Assembly (NCBI GenBank): GCA_951406725.2
Contig: OX597814.1
Coordinates: forward strand, 51,770,001 to 51,834,000
Source: Octopus vulgaris
Lineage: Eukaryota
DNA: 64,000 nt
Reading direction: 5' to 3'
Within the stretch, counting starts at the first letter, position 1. Each line of letters starts with the position of its first letter. The translations under genes were made by a program, and so were the position numbers. The notes under the pieces were generated by a model. The model was not told the DNA's origin. It saw only the letters and a program-made list of their open reading frames with translations, and did not search any database. Positions 38,643-51,639 of this stretch are shown here, one piece after another.

Positions 38643-39605
38643 ATCTGGACACATTTTATAGAATACTTCAATACAATAGCATATGAAAAACAACAAGAGA
38701 CTATTGCACAGCTGTTGGGTGATGAAATACGGTTGAACAAAAAGAAAGAAAAGAAATTGGTGAAGAAACAATTAAAGAGAAAACATCACCCACAACAATC
38801 TCAACAGGCATATGAAAATCCTCTCTCTGAGGCCAATAATGATGCTGTAACAAATAATACAAATAAAGGTTCTTCAGATTCTATTTTTAAAGCTGTAGAG
38901 CAAGAAGTGCATGACTCGAATTTAGGAAAGCTCAGAGTTGATAATACATCTGACCAGTCACTTTTGTCACCAACTGAATTGAGCAGAAAAGCATGCAAAA
39001 AAATGTTACTTATGAACTCAGTGTCTAAAAACTCACATGATGTATTTCCATCTCCAAATGGAAATAGTTTGGACACTATTTGTGAAAAATCAGTTGAAAG
39101 TAAAAAAACTGTCTCTGAAGATTTGCTTTCTAAATCTTACAATGAAGTGGAACACAATACAAATGTAAATAGAGATTGCTATTCAATAGATGAAGATTTA
39201 GGTGCACAGTGGACAACAGTGGTTGCCAAGAAATCTACTTGTAAATATGAAAATCGAACCAAACATGGAATGAAAACAGAAGTAAAAATTCCTGAAAAAA
39301 TAGATAATAATTCCAGAAAATCTTCAAGTTATCCAATTACAAAACATTATGTAAATGAAGGGGCAGTTAAAGTAGACAGTACTTTAGGGTCCAATTTTAG
39401 GACTCAGAATAATAAAACTGCTTTAAATGCTACTTCAGAAAATCGCAACATACCTGTGGAAAGTGATAAAATTACTCCAAGAAAAAATTTTCTTTGTCCT
39501 ACTTATTCTACAAATATACCCCAAGATTTAAATAAACAAAAAATTCAGGCAACACAAGTCCCTTCTTCTTCAGAATCTCCTGAAAAGTACAAAGCAAAAC
39601 CTGTG
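38643..39605 (+). CDS. Exon: coiled/basic segment and low-complexity linker (IWTHFIEYF...KYKAKPV)
   Basis: ttttcttag| ... GTG|gtatgt; 963 nt, open, phase 0-0. Confidence 0.88.
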
Positions 39606-40444
39606 GTATGTATAACATTTTGTGAATTATTTCCAAACATAGGATATGTTTTTAGTTATGACTTTATTGCTAACCTTTATGTTCTCTACAAAATGTCTTT
39701 TATGCGGTGTCCATTTTATTTATCTATTTATAAAATAAATTTAAGGAGAGGGAAGTACTGTCCATAACCTTTGCAGGCCCTCCTAACCACAAAAGCATAA
39801 TTAAAGAAAGGGTGTATGACAGAGGACAAAGAGCTGTGCCTATGACTGTTTGACCGTCTGCATGACTGATTAGAAAAAAAAGAAGAAAACATGACTTTGT
39901 GGATTCAGACTGGGAACTGTAACAAAAATGCTTGCAACAGCATGTATTGTGCTAATGGCACTTAGGAGTCAGGTGGTGTTAAACCAAGTGATGGATTTAG
40001 TCCACACCCATGAACAGATATAGTATCTGTTTTCTCAATTTCACTCACAAGATTTAAGGCTTGAGATGAACTGTGTAATTGCAAAGCAGATGTTTTAACC
40101 AGACAGCCTTGATTATGAATACAAGAAAAGTCATAAAAATATCTGCCATTTTTATCTGTGCTTTCATGTTATATTAAGAGGGAGAGCTAATGCTATTTCA
40201 CTTATATCATGAACTAAGACAGTGAGTAACAAATAGCCTAAACCTATTTAGTTAGGGAATGTTATACATAAACAAAATGCAAGAAAAGTCATGTCATAAT
40301 TAATTAATGTTTCTTAATAGCTTTATTATAAGCAGCTTCTAAACATTAATAAGGATGGCATTATATCAGAGAATAGATTAACTAAACTTCTTGCTAATTA
40401 ACAAAGTAAAAGAATCAGAGATATCTATTTCCATTTATTAATCA

Positions 40445-40775
40445 GGTGCATCGTTCAGTGGTTAGAGCATCAGGCTCACAGTCTTGCAGTAGTGAGTTCA
40501 ATTCCCAGATCAGGTTGTGTGTTGTGTTTTTGAGCAAGACACTTTATCTCACATTGCTCCAATTCACTCAGCTGTTGAAATGAGTTGTGATAGCATTAAT
40601 GCCAAGCTGTATTGGCCTTTGCCTTTCCCTTGCATATATATTGATGGAATGGAGAGGAGAGGCTGGTATACATGGGCACTGCTGGTCTTCCATAAACAAC
40701 CTTACTCAGACTTGTGCCTTGAAGGTTAACTTTCTAGGTGCATCCCTTGGTCATTCATGACTGAAGAGGGTCTTA
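40445..40775 (+). mobile_element. tRNA-derived SINE (distinct family)
   Basis: A-box agtggttagagc and B-box gagttcaattcc, followed by ttgagcaagacacttta. Confidence 0.7.
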
Positions 40776-41589
40776 GGTGCAGTTGAAGGTAGAAAATGAT
40801 TTGCATTCTTAGGTATTTTTCGCTTGAGATTTGGTCTGAAATCATGTGTTGAAATAGATTGTGTTGCATCTAGGTGAAAGTAATTTTGTTATATTTTTTA
40901 ATAAATGCTCACACTGACATTAGTCACTTCAAAAGTTATTTTAGTTATATAGTGTAAAGTAAATGGCTTAGCCAGAGGTTATCAGTAGTACCCAATAACT
41001 GAAAGGCAGAGAGAAAAGACTATATGACTGGGTTAGACGTTAAATCAATCTGAGTTGAACTTTGCTGTCATTTTTTTGTTTTTGATTAGTGAAATATAGC
41101 TCCAGCAAAGCACTGGGGTTGGTTTAATCCACTATTTTCTCCATCCAAATATGTGCCTATGTTAGAAATTGCTGAAAAAACAACACAAAAAAACATGCTT
41201 CTATCAAAAACCAATAATATAGATAAAATTTTCTCAAATTCTTAATATATGAAGTTCCACTGTACTAAAATAATTTTGCCTATATATTCCAAAGCTCAAC
41301 CCACGTAATTCATTCATCACTACTTTTCTGTATTTTAACTGAGGCAAGCTCTGTAGAATCTAAGATGAATCCTACTAATGTAAGTCACTTTCAGATCTTA
41401 GTTGCTGCTGGTCTCATTACTTATATTGCTAAAGCTCTTCTGGGTTAATGTCAGAAATCTTATAACTCCCATTTCCTACTTTCCAAAGTCACTAGTGTTA
41501 ATCACACATTGAAAAATTCTATGTATGATTATTAAACTTTAATCAGTTGACCCCTATAGGATAAATCACACTTTTCTGAGATAAATATT

Positions 41590-41955
41590 TTCCATTCATC
41601 CTTTACTTGTTTCATTCATTAGACTGCAGCCATACTGAGGCACTGTCTGGAAGAATTTTTAGCTGGATGAATCAACCCCAGTACTTTATTCTTTAAAGTC
41701 TGGTACTTATTTTTTCAGTCTCTTTCTCCAAACTGCTAAGTTACAGGGATGTTAATGCACCAATACTAGTTGTCAAGCAGTGGTGGGGGACAAACACATA
41801 CACACACATATATATGATGGGCTTTCAGTTTCTGTCTATCAAATCCATTCACATGGCTTTGGTTAGCCTGAGACTATAGTGGAACACACCTGCCCAAGGT
41901 GCCACACAGTGAGACTGAACCTGGAACCAAATGGTTTGGAAAGTCAAGTTGCAGT
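41590..41955 (-). mobile_element. CORE-type SINE, decayed
   Basis: Homologous to 60945-61315 and 61405-61806. Confidence 0.75.
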
Positions 41956-42101
41956 TAAATTTCATTAGCTTTCATCATTACCTTTTGTCTTACAATGAAA
42001 ATATTTCCTGTTTTTATACAAAGGGGGATCTTTATGGCAAAAATAAGCTTATTTACATTATTTACATTCAACGGATATTTGTCCTCATCTTGTTTGTTGT
42101 T

Positions 42102-42147
42102 AACACAACGTTTTGGCTGATATACCCTCCAGCCTTCTTCAGGTGTC
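42102..42147 (-). ncRNA. Minimal type I hammerhead ribozyme motif (GAAA core mutated to AAAA)
   Basis: The minus strand reads gacac-CTGAAGA-aggctg(gagggtatat)cagcc-AAAAcgtt-gtgtt. Confidence 0.55.
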
Positions 42148-42333
42148 TTGGAGAAATTTCGAACCAGAGTTCTTATTCCTAAGGTATTTTTCGTCGTTGT
42201 CATCACCATGGGCATATTGCATAGATTCCAAGTTCAATTCCAAGCAGTGTCCTGAACAATAATAATAATACTAATAATAATAACATCGAAAAATATTTTA
42301 GGAATGAGAACCCAGATTCGAAATTTCCCCCAA

Positions 42334-42379
42334 GACACCTGAAGAAGGCTGGAGGGTATATCAGCTGAAATGTTGTGTT
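42334..42379 (+). ncRNA. Minimal type I hammerhead ribozyme motif
   Basis: gacac-CTGAAGA-aggctg(gagggtatat)cagct-GAAA-tgtt-gtgtt. Stem I is gacac/gtgtt and stem II is ggctg/cagct. Confidence 0.6.
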
Positions 42380-42692
42380 AACAACAAACAAGATGAGGAC
42401 AAATATCCGTCAAATGTAAATAACATACATAATTCCTCATCTCTTAAATATAGAACTGAACAATAAGCTTGTTTATATACACAAAAGAAATTATTTCATA
42501 TTCTTTCCTTTATAATGTATAATAAACTTAGAGTTAGATTCTATCTCACCTAACATTCTGTCAGTATAGTAGCTCCAAATGTAAATGTATAAGGGAATCT
42601 TGGTGTGGAAGATTAAGACTGAATTTTTAACATATCTTTTATTTCCATATTTATTGGTATTTTTTAAAATTAAAATATTTATTCTTTTATAG

Positions 42693-44593
42693 AGTGGAAG
42701 GAGAAATTCTATAAATTCTACGCCATCCCCTTATCCATACTTTTCTAAGAAAAACAAATCAAATTTGGTTACAAAACAGAACGTTAACTGTACATATAGC
42801 TCAGTTTTCGATTCTCAACATAAAACAGGAAAAATAAGCCTTGAAGAATTACTGATAGCTAAGATTGAATCGTATTGCAAAAGTGAGGATAATTTGGTCG
42901 ACAACAACTATGCATCACTTGAAACAAAACCAGAAACCTCAGTGGAAAATACTCATATTACTAATCCAAGTAAAGAATCTAATGTAGGTTTGCCATTTTT
43001 CATGCCTTCCATACATTTTGAATCAGAGAAAGACTGGAAACCAGCTAGAATTAATAAGAAATCTTTACAGACTGATGTCCAAAAAGATAGGCCAGAAGTA
43101 ATGAAAGTTGTAACTCCTAGACAAGTTTTACCAAATAAAACATTAAAAAAATCAGATGCTCTAGAAACACAAGTCTTTCTGGATAAAAAACATGCACAAG
43201 TCATTCATAATGCACCAGCTGTAGATAACAAGCCAGATGTAAATAGAACAGATGTAAATTTTAAACCAGATGTAAATACAACACCAGATGTAAATTTTGA
43301 ACCAAATGTAAATGTTACACCAGATATTATAACAACACTTGTAGATGTCAGACCAGTTGCTATAACAACACTTGTAGATGTTACACCAGTTGCTATAACA
43401 ACACTTGTAGATGTTACACCAGTTGCTATAACAACACATGTAGATGTTACACTAGATGCAGATACTAAACCAGATGTAGGTATTACACCAAATGTAGATG
43501 TACCAGATGATGATGATACAGCTGTTATAGATACTATATCAGATTTAGATGTGACAGAAGACTTAGATGATGCACCAGATTTAGATGTTACACAAGAGTT
43601 AGATAGTGCAGCAGAATTAGATGTTACGCCAGATGTTGAATCTATTTCAAATTACACAACCACACAAAATATACAAAGTATTCACATTTCAAGAAACCAT
43701 GAATTTGTAAATTCAGCAACAAAATCTCAAGATATCTCAACAAATAAAGAAAATTATTTACAAATGGAAGATGATGACCTTGATAACAAAGAATATTTTA
43801 AAATTAGACAGAAAAAAGAGGATTTTACAAACAATTCTCTTTCAAAAGAGTTGAAACTTGCAGAGAGGGCACAGTCAGTAAATTCACATTTCTTCCAAGA
43901 CCTTTTACTTCCAGTTCAACAAAAAGGTGATGAAAAGTATGAGCAAAAGAATGACAAAGTATCTAAAAGTATTGAAAAAAGTATGGAAAGGGCTTTTTCT
44001 TTTAAAACTCCTAAACAATACACAGAAAGTGATAAAGAAATTTGCCTGAAGAAAACAGAGACCAAACGATATCATATGGCTAGATTTAGTAAAGATCCAG
44101 TTTGCCTTAACCTCTCATCTGTTAGAAGCAGCCCAGCCTTCCGAGATATACAATTAACATGGATGCGTCAGTATCTACAACAGCTTTGTCAAAACTCTAT
44201 TACTAGAGACTTGGTCTATAATCACAATGCCTTTTACTACATGACATATTTCAGTCAGAAAGAAAAAGACAGCCTCATGTCTGATTTCCCGGAAATATTC
44301 TCTTCAAATGTATCCACAGGATATCACATCAGTTACCACTTAACAAAGACATCCATGAAAGAGGACAATAAAGATAACACTTTGAAGCAAAAATTAAACA
44401 TTCCAATGTTTTTAAAGCAACCAACAATATTCAGTGACATTAAGAAGTCTTTTATTCCATTTGAAAAGCACCAGAAGTCTGTACGTTGGCAAAAGCATCT
44501 GAACCATCTACTTCAGCTCTCCCCTAGAAACCTGTGTTATGTTGAAGATGTTATTTTACCACTGTATATCAGAAACTATAACATCAATGTAAG
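42693..44593 (+). CDS. Large exon: disordered linker with tandem repeats, then the pre-kinase segment (KSVRWQKHLNHLL...YNINV)
   Basis: attcttttatag| ... AG|gtaacc; 1901 nt, open, phase 0-2. Confidence 0.92.
43329..43452 (+). repeat. Coding 33-bp minisatellite (ITTLVDVTPVA, about 3.7 copies)
   Basis: Unit ataacaacacttgtagatgttacaccagttgct, set within wider PDVN/DLDVT repeats at 43220-43640. Confidence 0.95.
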
Positions 44594-45834
44594 GTAACCA
44601 ATGGACAATATTTTTGTGATACTTAAGTAATTTATTTAGGAGTCTACTATCTGTATGGCTGCATGTTTTTCTTAAACTATACAACTCTACTTGCCTCAAT
44701 CAACTCTACTGAAAATAGTTACCATTCCTGCTTCAAGATAATTATTAATGTGCCATTTCAGCATAGATTATAAACAAATGAATAAATGTATCGCAACGTC
44801 TCCATGTGCATTTATTCTTAGTGTCATTCTTGCCATGCTAATTTCATAGCAAGACTACATAGATATGGATAGATAACTAGCAGAAATATAATTTTGATGT
44901 ATAGTTCTTTGTACAAATTTTATTTTGTCCAATTAAGAGGGGCAGGACCCATAACTTTTGCGTAACATGCACAAGAAGGCTGTTGGAATTTATAAATGAC
45001 ATATCAATGTTAACTAGTTGAGTGATACATCATATATAAAAGATATATTATGAGAAATACTGAATTTATAGTCATTGAGATAGCACATTAACTATGTCTA
45101 AAACTAAAATATTATGTATCAGTCAGAAGCAATTTTAAGATAAAAGGCAAGTCATTAACTTTTTACTACAATGTTTCCTGATCTTTTATAGAAGTATTTA
45201 ACATGCAAACTATGCATATTATATGAAAGAAATTTCTGTGTTAAGTTTGTAAGTGTATATAAAGTTATAAATATGAGGCGTTTAATTAGATGGCATTTTA
45301 AAATTAATTTAGTCTGTGAAGGTGTGGTATTTATGACTTTTGCAGACTTTAATTAAACTAGTGAAGTCAGTGCAGTTGATGTTCTATTTGAACTTGAGAT
45401 TTGAAAAGAAATGGTAGGAAAGGAGAGGATTGCAGTTCTGAGGAGGAAAGATTAGATGAAGTAATTAGTGCTGAGATTTTGTGGACTAGACATAGGAGTG
45501 GTGGGTGCATCACAAATTGTAAAATTTGTGATGGTCTTCTTTATGTGCTATTTATGTGTAAGAAGATAGTCTTACTTCATGCATTTAGTTACTATATCTT
45601 AGGGTTGGCTTTTAATGCCTCCTAGTGTGCAGGGTTAGATATTTGAGTTTAATGCTACCCATGTCTGTATTCAAACTAAAAAGAAAAGATTCTGCTTTTC
45701 AAATAGGAAAGAATTATTAGTGAAAAAAAATTGTATTTAATGCTATTGAAAGTACCTAGTTCAGATGATTCACTTGAAAGTCTGAATTTTCAGATTTCCT
45801 CTGCTCATGCTAGCTTGTTAAAATGGAGGTCATC

Positions 45835-46020
45835 ATTGTCTTCATCACCATTTAACATCCGTTGTCCATGCTAGCATGGGTTCGATGGTGTGACCAGAGC
45901 TGGCAAGCTGGGGGATGCACCAGACTCCAGTCTGATTTGGCATGGTTTCTATGGTTGGATGCCCTTCCTAATGCCAACCACTTTACAGAATGTGCTGGAT
46001 GTTTTTACATGACATTGCAC
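45835..46020 (-). mobile_element. RTE 3' UTR fragment
   Basis: ccatgctagcatggg...ggatgcccttcctaatgccaaccac. Confidence 0.75.
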
Positions 46021-46290
46021 AAATGCTTACATATATATATATACATACACAGATATATTATTAAATCTATTTTTATTGTCAGTTTTTATTCTTAATTCTT
46101 GTTTTGTTATATTTTGTTTTTAGAGCTTTTGTTGTAATTAGTTGTTTGTTTACTGAGCAAATGATTTGCTAGAGTTATATATTTTTTCTTTTTGTTTTTG
46201 TCCAGTTTTCCCAATCTGATTCAAGTTGAACAGCATACATTTATATAGTATAATTTAATTAATTACTTTTTCATTTCTATATTACTTCAG

Positions 46291-46441
46291 GGGAAATCAT
46301 TTTGTTGTCGTGGGACTTCTCTCTGATGGAACTGAGCTAGCTGTCAAGCTTTATCGAGCAAATGAATGCCCTGTAGTGTGTGGTGCCCTCAGGAAACTTT
46401 CACAAGTAAGCCTGGATTCCAGGTTTGTGGTGAATTATAAA
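46291..46441 (+). CDS. Exon: kinase subdomains I-IV (GNHFVVVGLLSDGTELAVKLY...RFVVNYK)
   Basis: ttacttcag| ... |gtaaga; 151 nt, phase 2-0. Contains the AVK lysine motif. Confidence 0.92.
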
Positions 46442-47108
46442 GTAAGATTTTATTTCTAATAAGCTATTTTCCCTTCATTTTTCAGTTTATTTCACTGATC
46501 AAAGCAGCTTGTATTGTTACATAATTTGCAGAAAAACAGATGATCAGAAGCCTTCTTTTTTTGAACTTCAATCCTTAGAATTCTGTAACTCATTGGCAAG
46601 TCTAGGGTGACAATAATATGAAGTTAGTATGGTTCAAATTACATTGACAATCCACAGTCAATCTGCAGTCAGGTTAACCCTTACTTCTATTGAAATACAC
46701 TGTCTTTGTTTCTGTTAATTTTTAAAAAATGAAGAATTTAGTAAATTAATTTTGTCATTATTAAGCTAGTGTTAAGAACATAAATTAACATAAAATTTTG
46801 ATGGAAGATTTTAATTTAGGTCATTTCGAACCAGGATATTTGTATCGTAGAATAAGGGACAATGTCAGGTGGGTTGGTATCAAAAGTGTTAATCAACATC
46901 ATCATTGAACATCATCTTTCCATGCTGGCATAGGTTAGATGGTTTGATTGGAACTGGTAAGTTGGAGGGCTGCACTAGGTTCCAGTCTGATTTAGCAAGT
47001 GGACACCCTTCCTAATGCCAACCACTCTGAGAGTGTAATGGGTGCTTTTTATGTGCCATTTACATGACACTGGCAACAGCCGTTAGCAAATAATATTTCT
47101 AACATAGG

Positions 47109-47322
47109 AAGGTGGCAAGCTAGCAGAAACGTTAGCACACCGGGCGAAATGCTTAGCTGTGTTTCATCCGTCTTTACGTTCCAAGTTCAAATTACGCCGA
47201 GGTCGACTTTGCCTTTCATCCTTTTGGGGTCAATAAATTAAGTACCAGTTGCATACTGGGGTCAATCTAATCGACTGGCCCCCTCCCCAAAAATCTCGGG
47301 CCTCATGCCTAGAGTAGAAAAG
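47109..47322 (+). mobile_element. tRNA-derived SINE inserted at the end of an older antisense SINE
   Basis: TSD aat(a/g)tttctaacatagg. The downstream gcacaaggcctgaaatttt is the reverse complement of the SINE tail. Confidence 0.85.
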
Positions 47323-47988
47323 AATGTTTCTAACATAGGCACAAGGCCTGAAATTTTAGGAGGAGTTTACTTAGTACCCTTGACTTCAGTACTTAACTGG
47401 TACCTTATTTTATTGATCCTGTAAGAATGATAGTTAACTTCAGAGGAATTTTAACTCCCAAGTGCAGAGAAGTTGCAAGAAATAGTGCAAAACACTGAAT
47501 CTGATACTTTTACAACTCTGCCAATTGCAACCTGATTCCCCAAAACTCTATCACTCAAAGAAATAGGAAAGAACAAAAACAAAGGTATGAAACATTTTTT
47601 TAAAAAATCATACCAATTATTTGCAATCACAAATTCTTGTTTCTCTGCTGTCAGCTGATTTGAAGAAACATTTTTGGAGGACATTAGTGAATGATATAGA
47701 TAATAGGATGGTGGCTTATAGAATTGATAGTGCAGTAAACAAAATACTTGTGGTGTTTGGTCATGTTGCTTTATTTCAGAGTTCAGACCCCCATCCTAGT
47801 CTATTTTGCCTTTCAACCTTCTGATGTCAATAAAATCAGAAACAGCTTGCAACTACTGTGGTTGATATAACTGACTAAGACCTTGGAAGCAGTGATTCAG
47901 CATGGTTGTAGTAAAAAGTAAAAGATTATATGACAATGCCTTCTACTTTGACATATTTATAATTCATTGATGTTTATTCTAATTTCAG

Positions 47989-48177
47989 TCTGTGATGGTT
48001 GGCCAGAAATTCTTCCTGGCGACTATGAACCTGTGTGAATGCAACCTGAAAGAATACATTGATTGGAAAAAATTCTCCAATAGGTTTGATCTCAACACGG
48101 CCTCTTACCTCTTCTGGCACATGGTCAGCAGTCTGAAATATTTGCATGACAATAATATTGTACATGGTCGACTTGAG
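47989..48177 (+). CDS. Exon: kinase subdomains V-VIb (MNLCECNLKEYI...LKYLHDNNIVHGRLE)
   Basis: aatttcag| ... GAG|gtaatc; 189 nt, phase 0-0. Confidence 0.95.
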
Positions 48178-49767
48178 GTAATCACTATTGCAGAATTTTG
48201 GTCAAGTTCCCCCCCTCCTCTCCTCCTTTCTCCTCTTCCTCCTCATCATCATTGTTATTGCCATTATCAACAGCAGCATATCCAGCATCATCATTGTCAT
48301 CATCATCACAATCATCATCAATGAAGATGTTCAAAGTTTAAACAAGCTGATTTAGTATTCTGTGCACTGTTGTTCCTGATGTTAAACTTTGTTGGAGTAT
48401 GTTCAGTATAAAGTTTGTGACAATCTGTAATGTATCTGATTTATTTATGGAAAACCTAGAATCCTTCTTTAGTCAGTCAACATTTTCATTGACACTGTCC
48501 CCATCCTCTATTGATAATAATACTTTCAAATATATGATGAATGACTGTAATCATCCTTTCAATATTTCCAACAATACCTTAATAATCAGTTAGTGTGATA
48601 GTTAACTATTTCATCTTTGTTATGAGATATATTCATCAAATGGAGACCAATCATATCAGCTTTCAAATGTGAAGAAACAACATTTATAGTATTATCACCA
48701 GCTGATAATAGCAGGCTTCAGTAGACTTTACTATGCTGATGATGTCTAATATACCAAAGAATTTTCATAATTGTCTCTTGCTTGCAAAGACAGATCATAC
48801 CTTTATTCCTAAACATTAAAATTAACTTTGAGAAATCAATTTTTTTTTGTGCACGTATCTCCCCTTCTCTTTGGGAGTTGCTAACAATTACATCAGAGTT
48901 CTTTGTCTACCAGGGAAATTTCAATAAAGAATTTCTTCTTACATACAGTGTTCAGTAGATGACTTCTTATTTATAAGTAAGTGCCTGGTCTCTTTTGAGA
49001 GAATAGGGGAAATAACTAAATCTGAGATTTGACTTAAACCCAAAGATTTGAATTTTTTTGTCAAGAACCTTTTACCTAAATAAAATTATGAATGACTTTT
49101 ACTGTCATTATTCTGAAACTACTATTATCATCAATATTCTGGTTCAGGTTGCAGAAAGTAAAATCAGTCAGGTAAGTACCAGTCACATAATTGAAAGGTT
49201 GGTGGTTCATGTCCTATCGCTAATGCTACATTGTATCCATGCTAGAGATATTTAATTTTCAAATTATCCTAAATTATTTAACTGTAAAAGGATAAGACAA
49301 AACTCACTGCTGTAGGCAACAGTATGATAAACATTGACAAGTAATTTATTTACTTCCAATACTGAGTTGGATATAGTGACAGTGAAGTATGGTCTTTGAT
49401 AAATGGATTTGGACAATGTACTCTATATGTTATAATATCATCACAACCAGACTTAAAGACTTGGGATGGGGACTGGTAGAAATTAAGACACTAACTTGTA
49501 ACAGTATGAAGTGAAACTTGTAGGTAATATTTGAGTTGGAAGGATGTGTCAAAGGGGTTTAGTTCTGGGGAAATGGTTTTGAACATATTTTCAGGTTTGG
49601 AAAATGTATCAATAAAGTGTGAGGTGGGAGACAATGAATGACACAAGGAGGAGAAGTGTTTTTTTTTTCTTTTTCAGTTGATTTAAGTGAAACTAATGGA
49701 TAAGAATGTATGAAAATTGAATAGTTAAAATAAGTACCTTGCTTGAGACACTAGAACCCTCTATTTA

Positions 49768-51046
49768 TTAGGCTGTTCTGAAAATAATGGCTGATTTCAG
49801 AAGCATAATCTTATTCTAGAAAAATTAACTATAGAAATGTTTTGATTAGTCAAAGTATGAGCCGTGAACATCTATGCATCTCTGCCATCAATCAACGAGA
49901 TTATTTATGCATTGTTGATAAAAACTTACTGGCTTTGAAGCTAAGAAATTTTTGAAAGATTATTCCACCTCTGGTTTGGACCTGAAAGTTTTATCACTTA
50001 AAAATGTGTTTAAATGCTTTAAAAAACGGTAGTCAGTTGGTGAAAGATCAGGAGAATATGGAGGATGTGGTAAAGTCTCATATCCCAAGTCTGTGAGTTT
50101 CTGCAGTGTCATTCTTGCAACATGGGGCTTTGCTTTATCATGGAACAGAATTGGGCAACACAGATTCATCAATGCAGGTCTCATTTTTTGCAAGTGAGCA
50201 TGCATTTCAGTGAGTTGATTGCAGTAAACCTCTACTGTATTGCTCTAATTGGCTTCCAGAAAGCTGTAATGGACAACACCAATTGCAGACCATCAGACAG
50301 TCACCATAATCTTTTGCTGATGCAACTTTGGCTTCAGGAAATGTTTGTGAGGCTCATCATGATCAAGCCATTGATCTGACCATTTACGATTATCATAAAG
50401 GATCTACTTGTTGTCACAAGTGACTATTCAGTCAAGAAAAGGATCATTGTTGTTTCACAGAAAGAGCACCGAGAACACTTCAAAACGCTGAACTTTTTGA
50501 TTTTCCTTGAGCTCATGCATTACCCATTTATCATGCTTTTTCACCTTACCAATCTTCTGCAGATTGTGTGAGACCATTGCAATACTGGCACCAAGTGCCT
50601 GAAACATTTCTCTGACACTTTGATGTGGGTTTTGTTCAACAATTGCTTTCAATTGTTCATTGTCAAGACTGCATGACCATCCTCTACCTTCATCTTCAAG
50701 GCTTTCATCACCACTATGGAATTTCTGAAACCACCTTCATACTGTGATCAATTGTGGACCCCTCTCCCCATTCTTTGTTGATATTGGCAGCAGTTTGGGA
50801 GGCATTATGCCCAATCTTGAACTAATGCAAGAAAAGTAAGCAAAGGTCCTTTTTTGTCATGTTCATAATTAAGGACATCTATGCTTCGAGAATGTTTTCT
50901 GTTTGAAATAAGTAGAAAATTATTAAGGAGCATACATCAATTATTAAGTATGTCGAAATTCAACTAAAACATAATTAAAATACTATGATAAAATTGCGTT
51001 TGAAAACACAACACTTCAAGTGGCCATTATTTTTGGAACAACCTAA
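49768..51046 (-). mobile_element. Full-length (~1.28 kb) degenerate mariner (DD34D)
   Basis: TA-flanked TIRs ttaggctgttctgaaaataatgg and ccattatttttggaacaacctaa. Motifs KW.MHEL, HDKAKPH and HPPYSPDLSPTDY; ORF disrupted. Confidence 0.92.
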
Positions 51047-51300
51047 TAACAGGCATTTTAGTTCTAGTGGCATAAAAAAAAAAACAGAAATAGCTTGAAC
51101 TAGGTATGAAAGCTGCCAACCTTTTAGTTTGATATCAAGAACAGTATCCAACTCTAAAACACTGCATGTCTTACAACATGAAAGGGTAGTGTACTTACTT
51201 TTAAAAATTCAGGATACACAAACCTATCACTGTTGTTTTTCCCTCTTTAAAATTGTTTTTGAATAATAATGAGTTAAAACTGAACATTTTCATATTTCAG

Positions 51301-51412
51301 CCCAAAAATATTCTCATAACTGTATATGGGAAACTTCTTCTGAGCAATTATGGCTTTCATTCTTCATGGATTCATGGACCTGACTGTCAGAACTGTAATT
51401 TCTTCATGTCTG
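51301..51412 (+). CDS. Exon: kinase subdomains VIb-VII (PKNILITVYGKLLLSNYGFHSSW...)
   Basis: atttcag| ... G|gtatgt; 112 nt, phase 0-1. NYG sits at the DFG position. Confidence 0.92.
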
Positions 51413-51639
51413 GTATGTTTCATTAGAACTGTTTTTTGTGAAAGCACTTAGTAAATGTTAGTCACAGAACCATTTAACAATATCTAAATATCTGAAATGA
51501 GCTATGGCATAAATTAATGAGTTAAAATTTCTGTAGTATTTTGTATTAATGTTTTATACTAATTCTGTTTGTTTATTCTTCCATTATTTTTGTACAGACT
51601 ACCTCTTTGACAAATGACAGTAATCTCATGCTGGACAGC

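Larger units (their letters stand above)
42059..42458. mobile_element. Penelope-like element remnant with inverted pseudo-LTR fragments
   Basis: Arms 42059-42195 and 42286-42423 are inverted, and each contains a hammerhead motif. Flanking direct repeat aataagctt(a/g)ttta. Confidence 0.7.

Noticed and set aside
43329-43452. Regular 33-bp repeats resembling a CRISPR array
   Set aside because: Head-to-tail with no unique spacers, in frame inside a eukaryotic exon.
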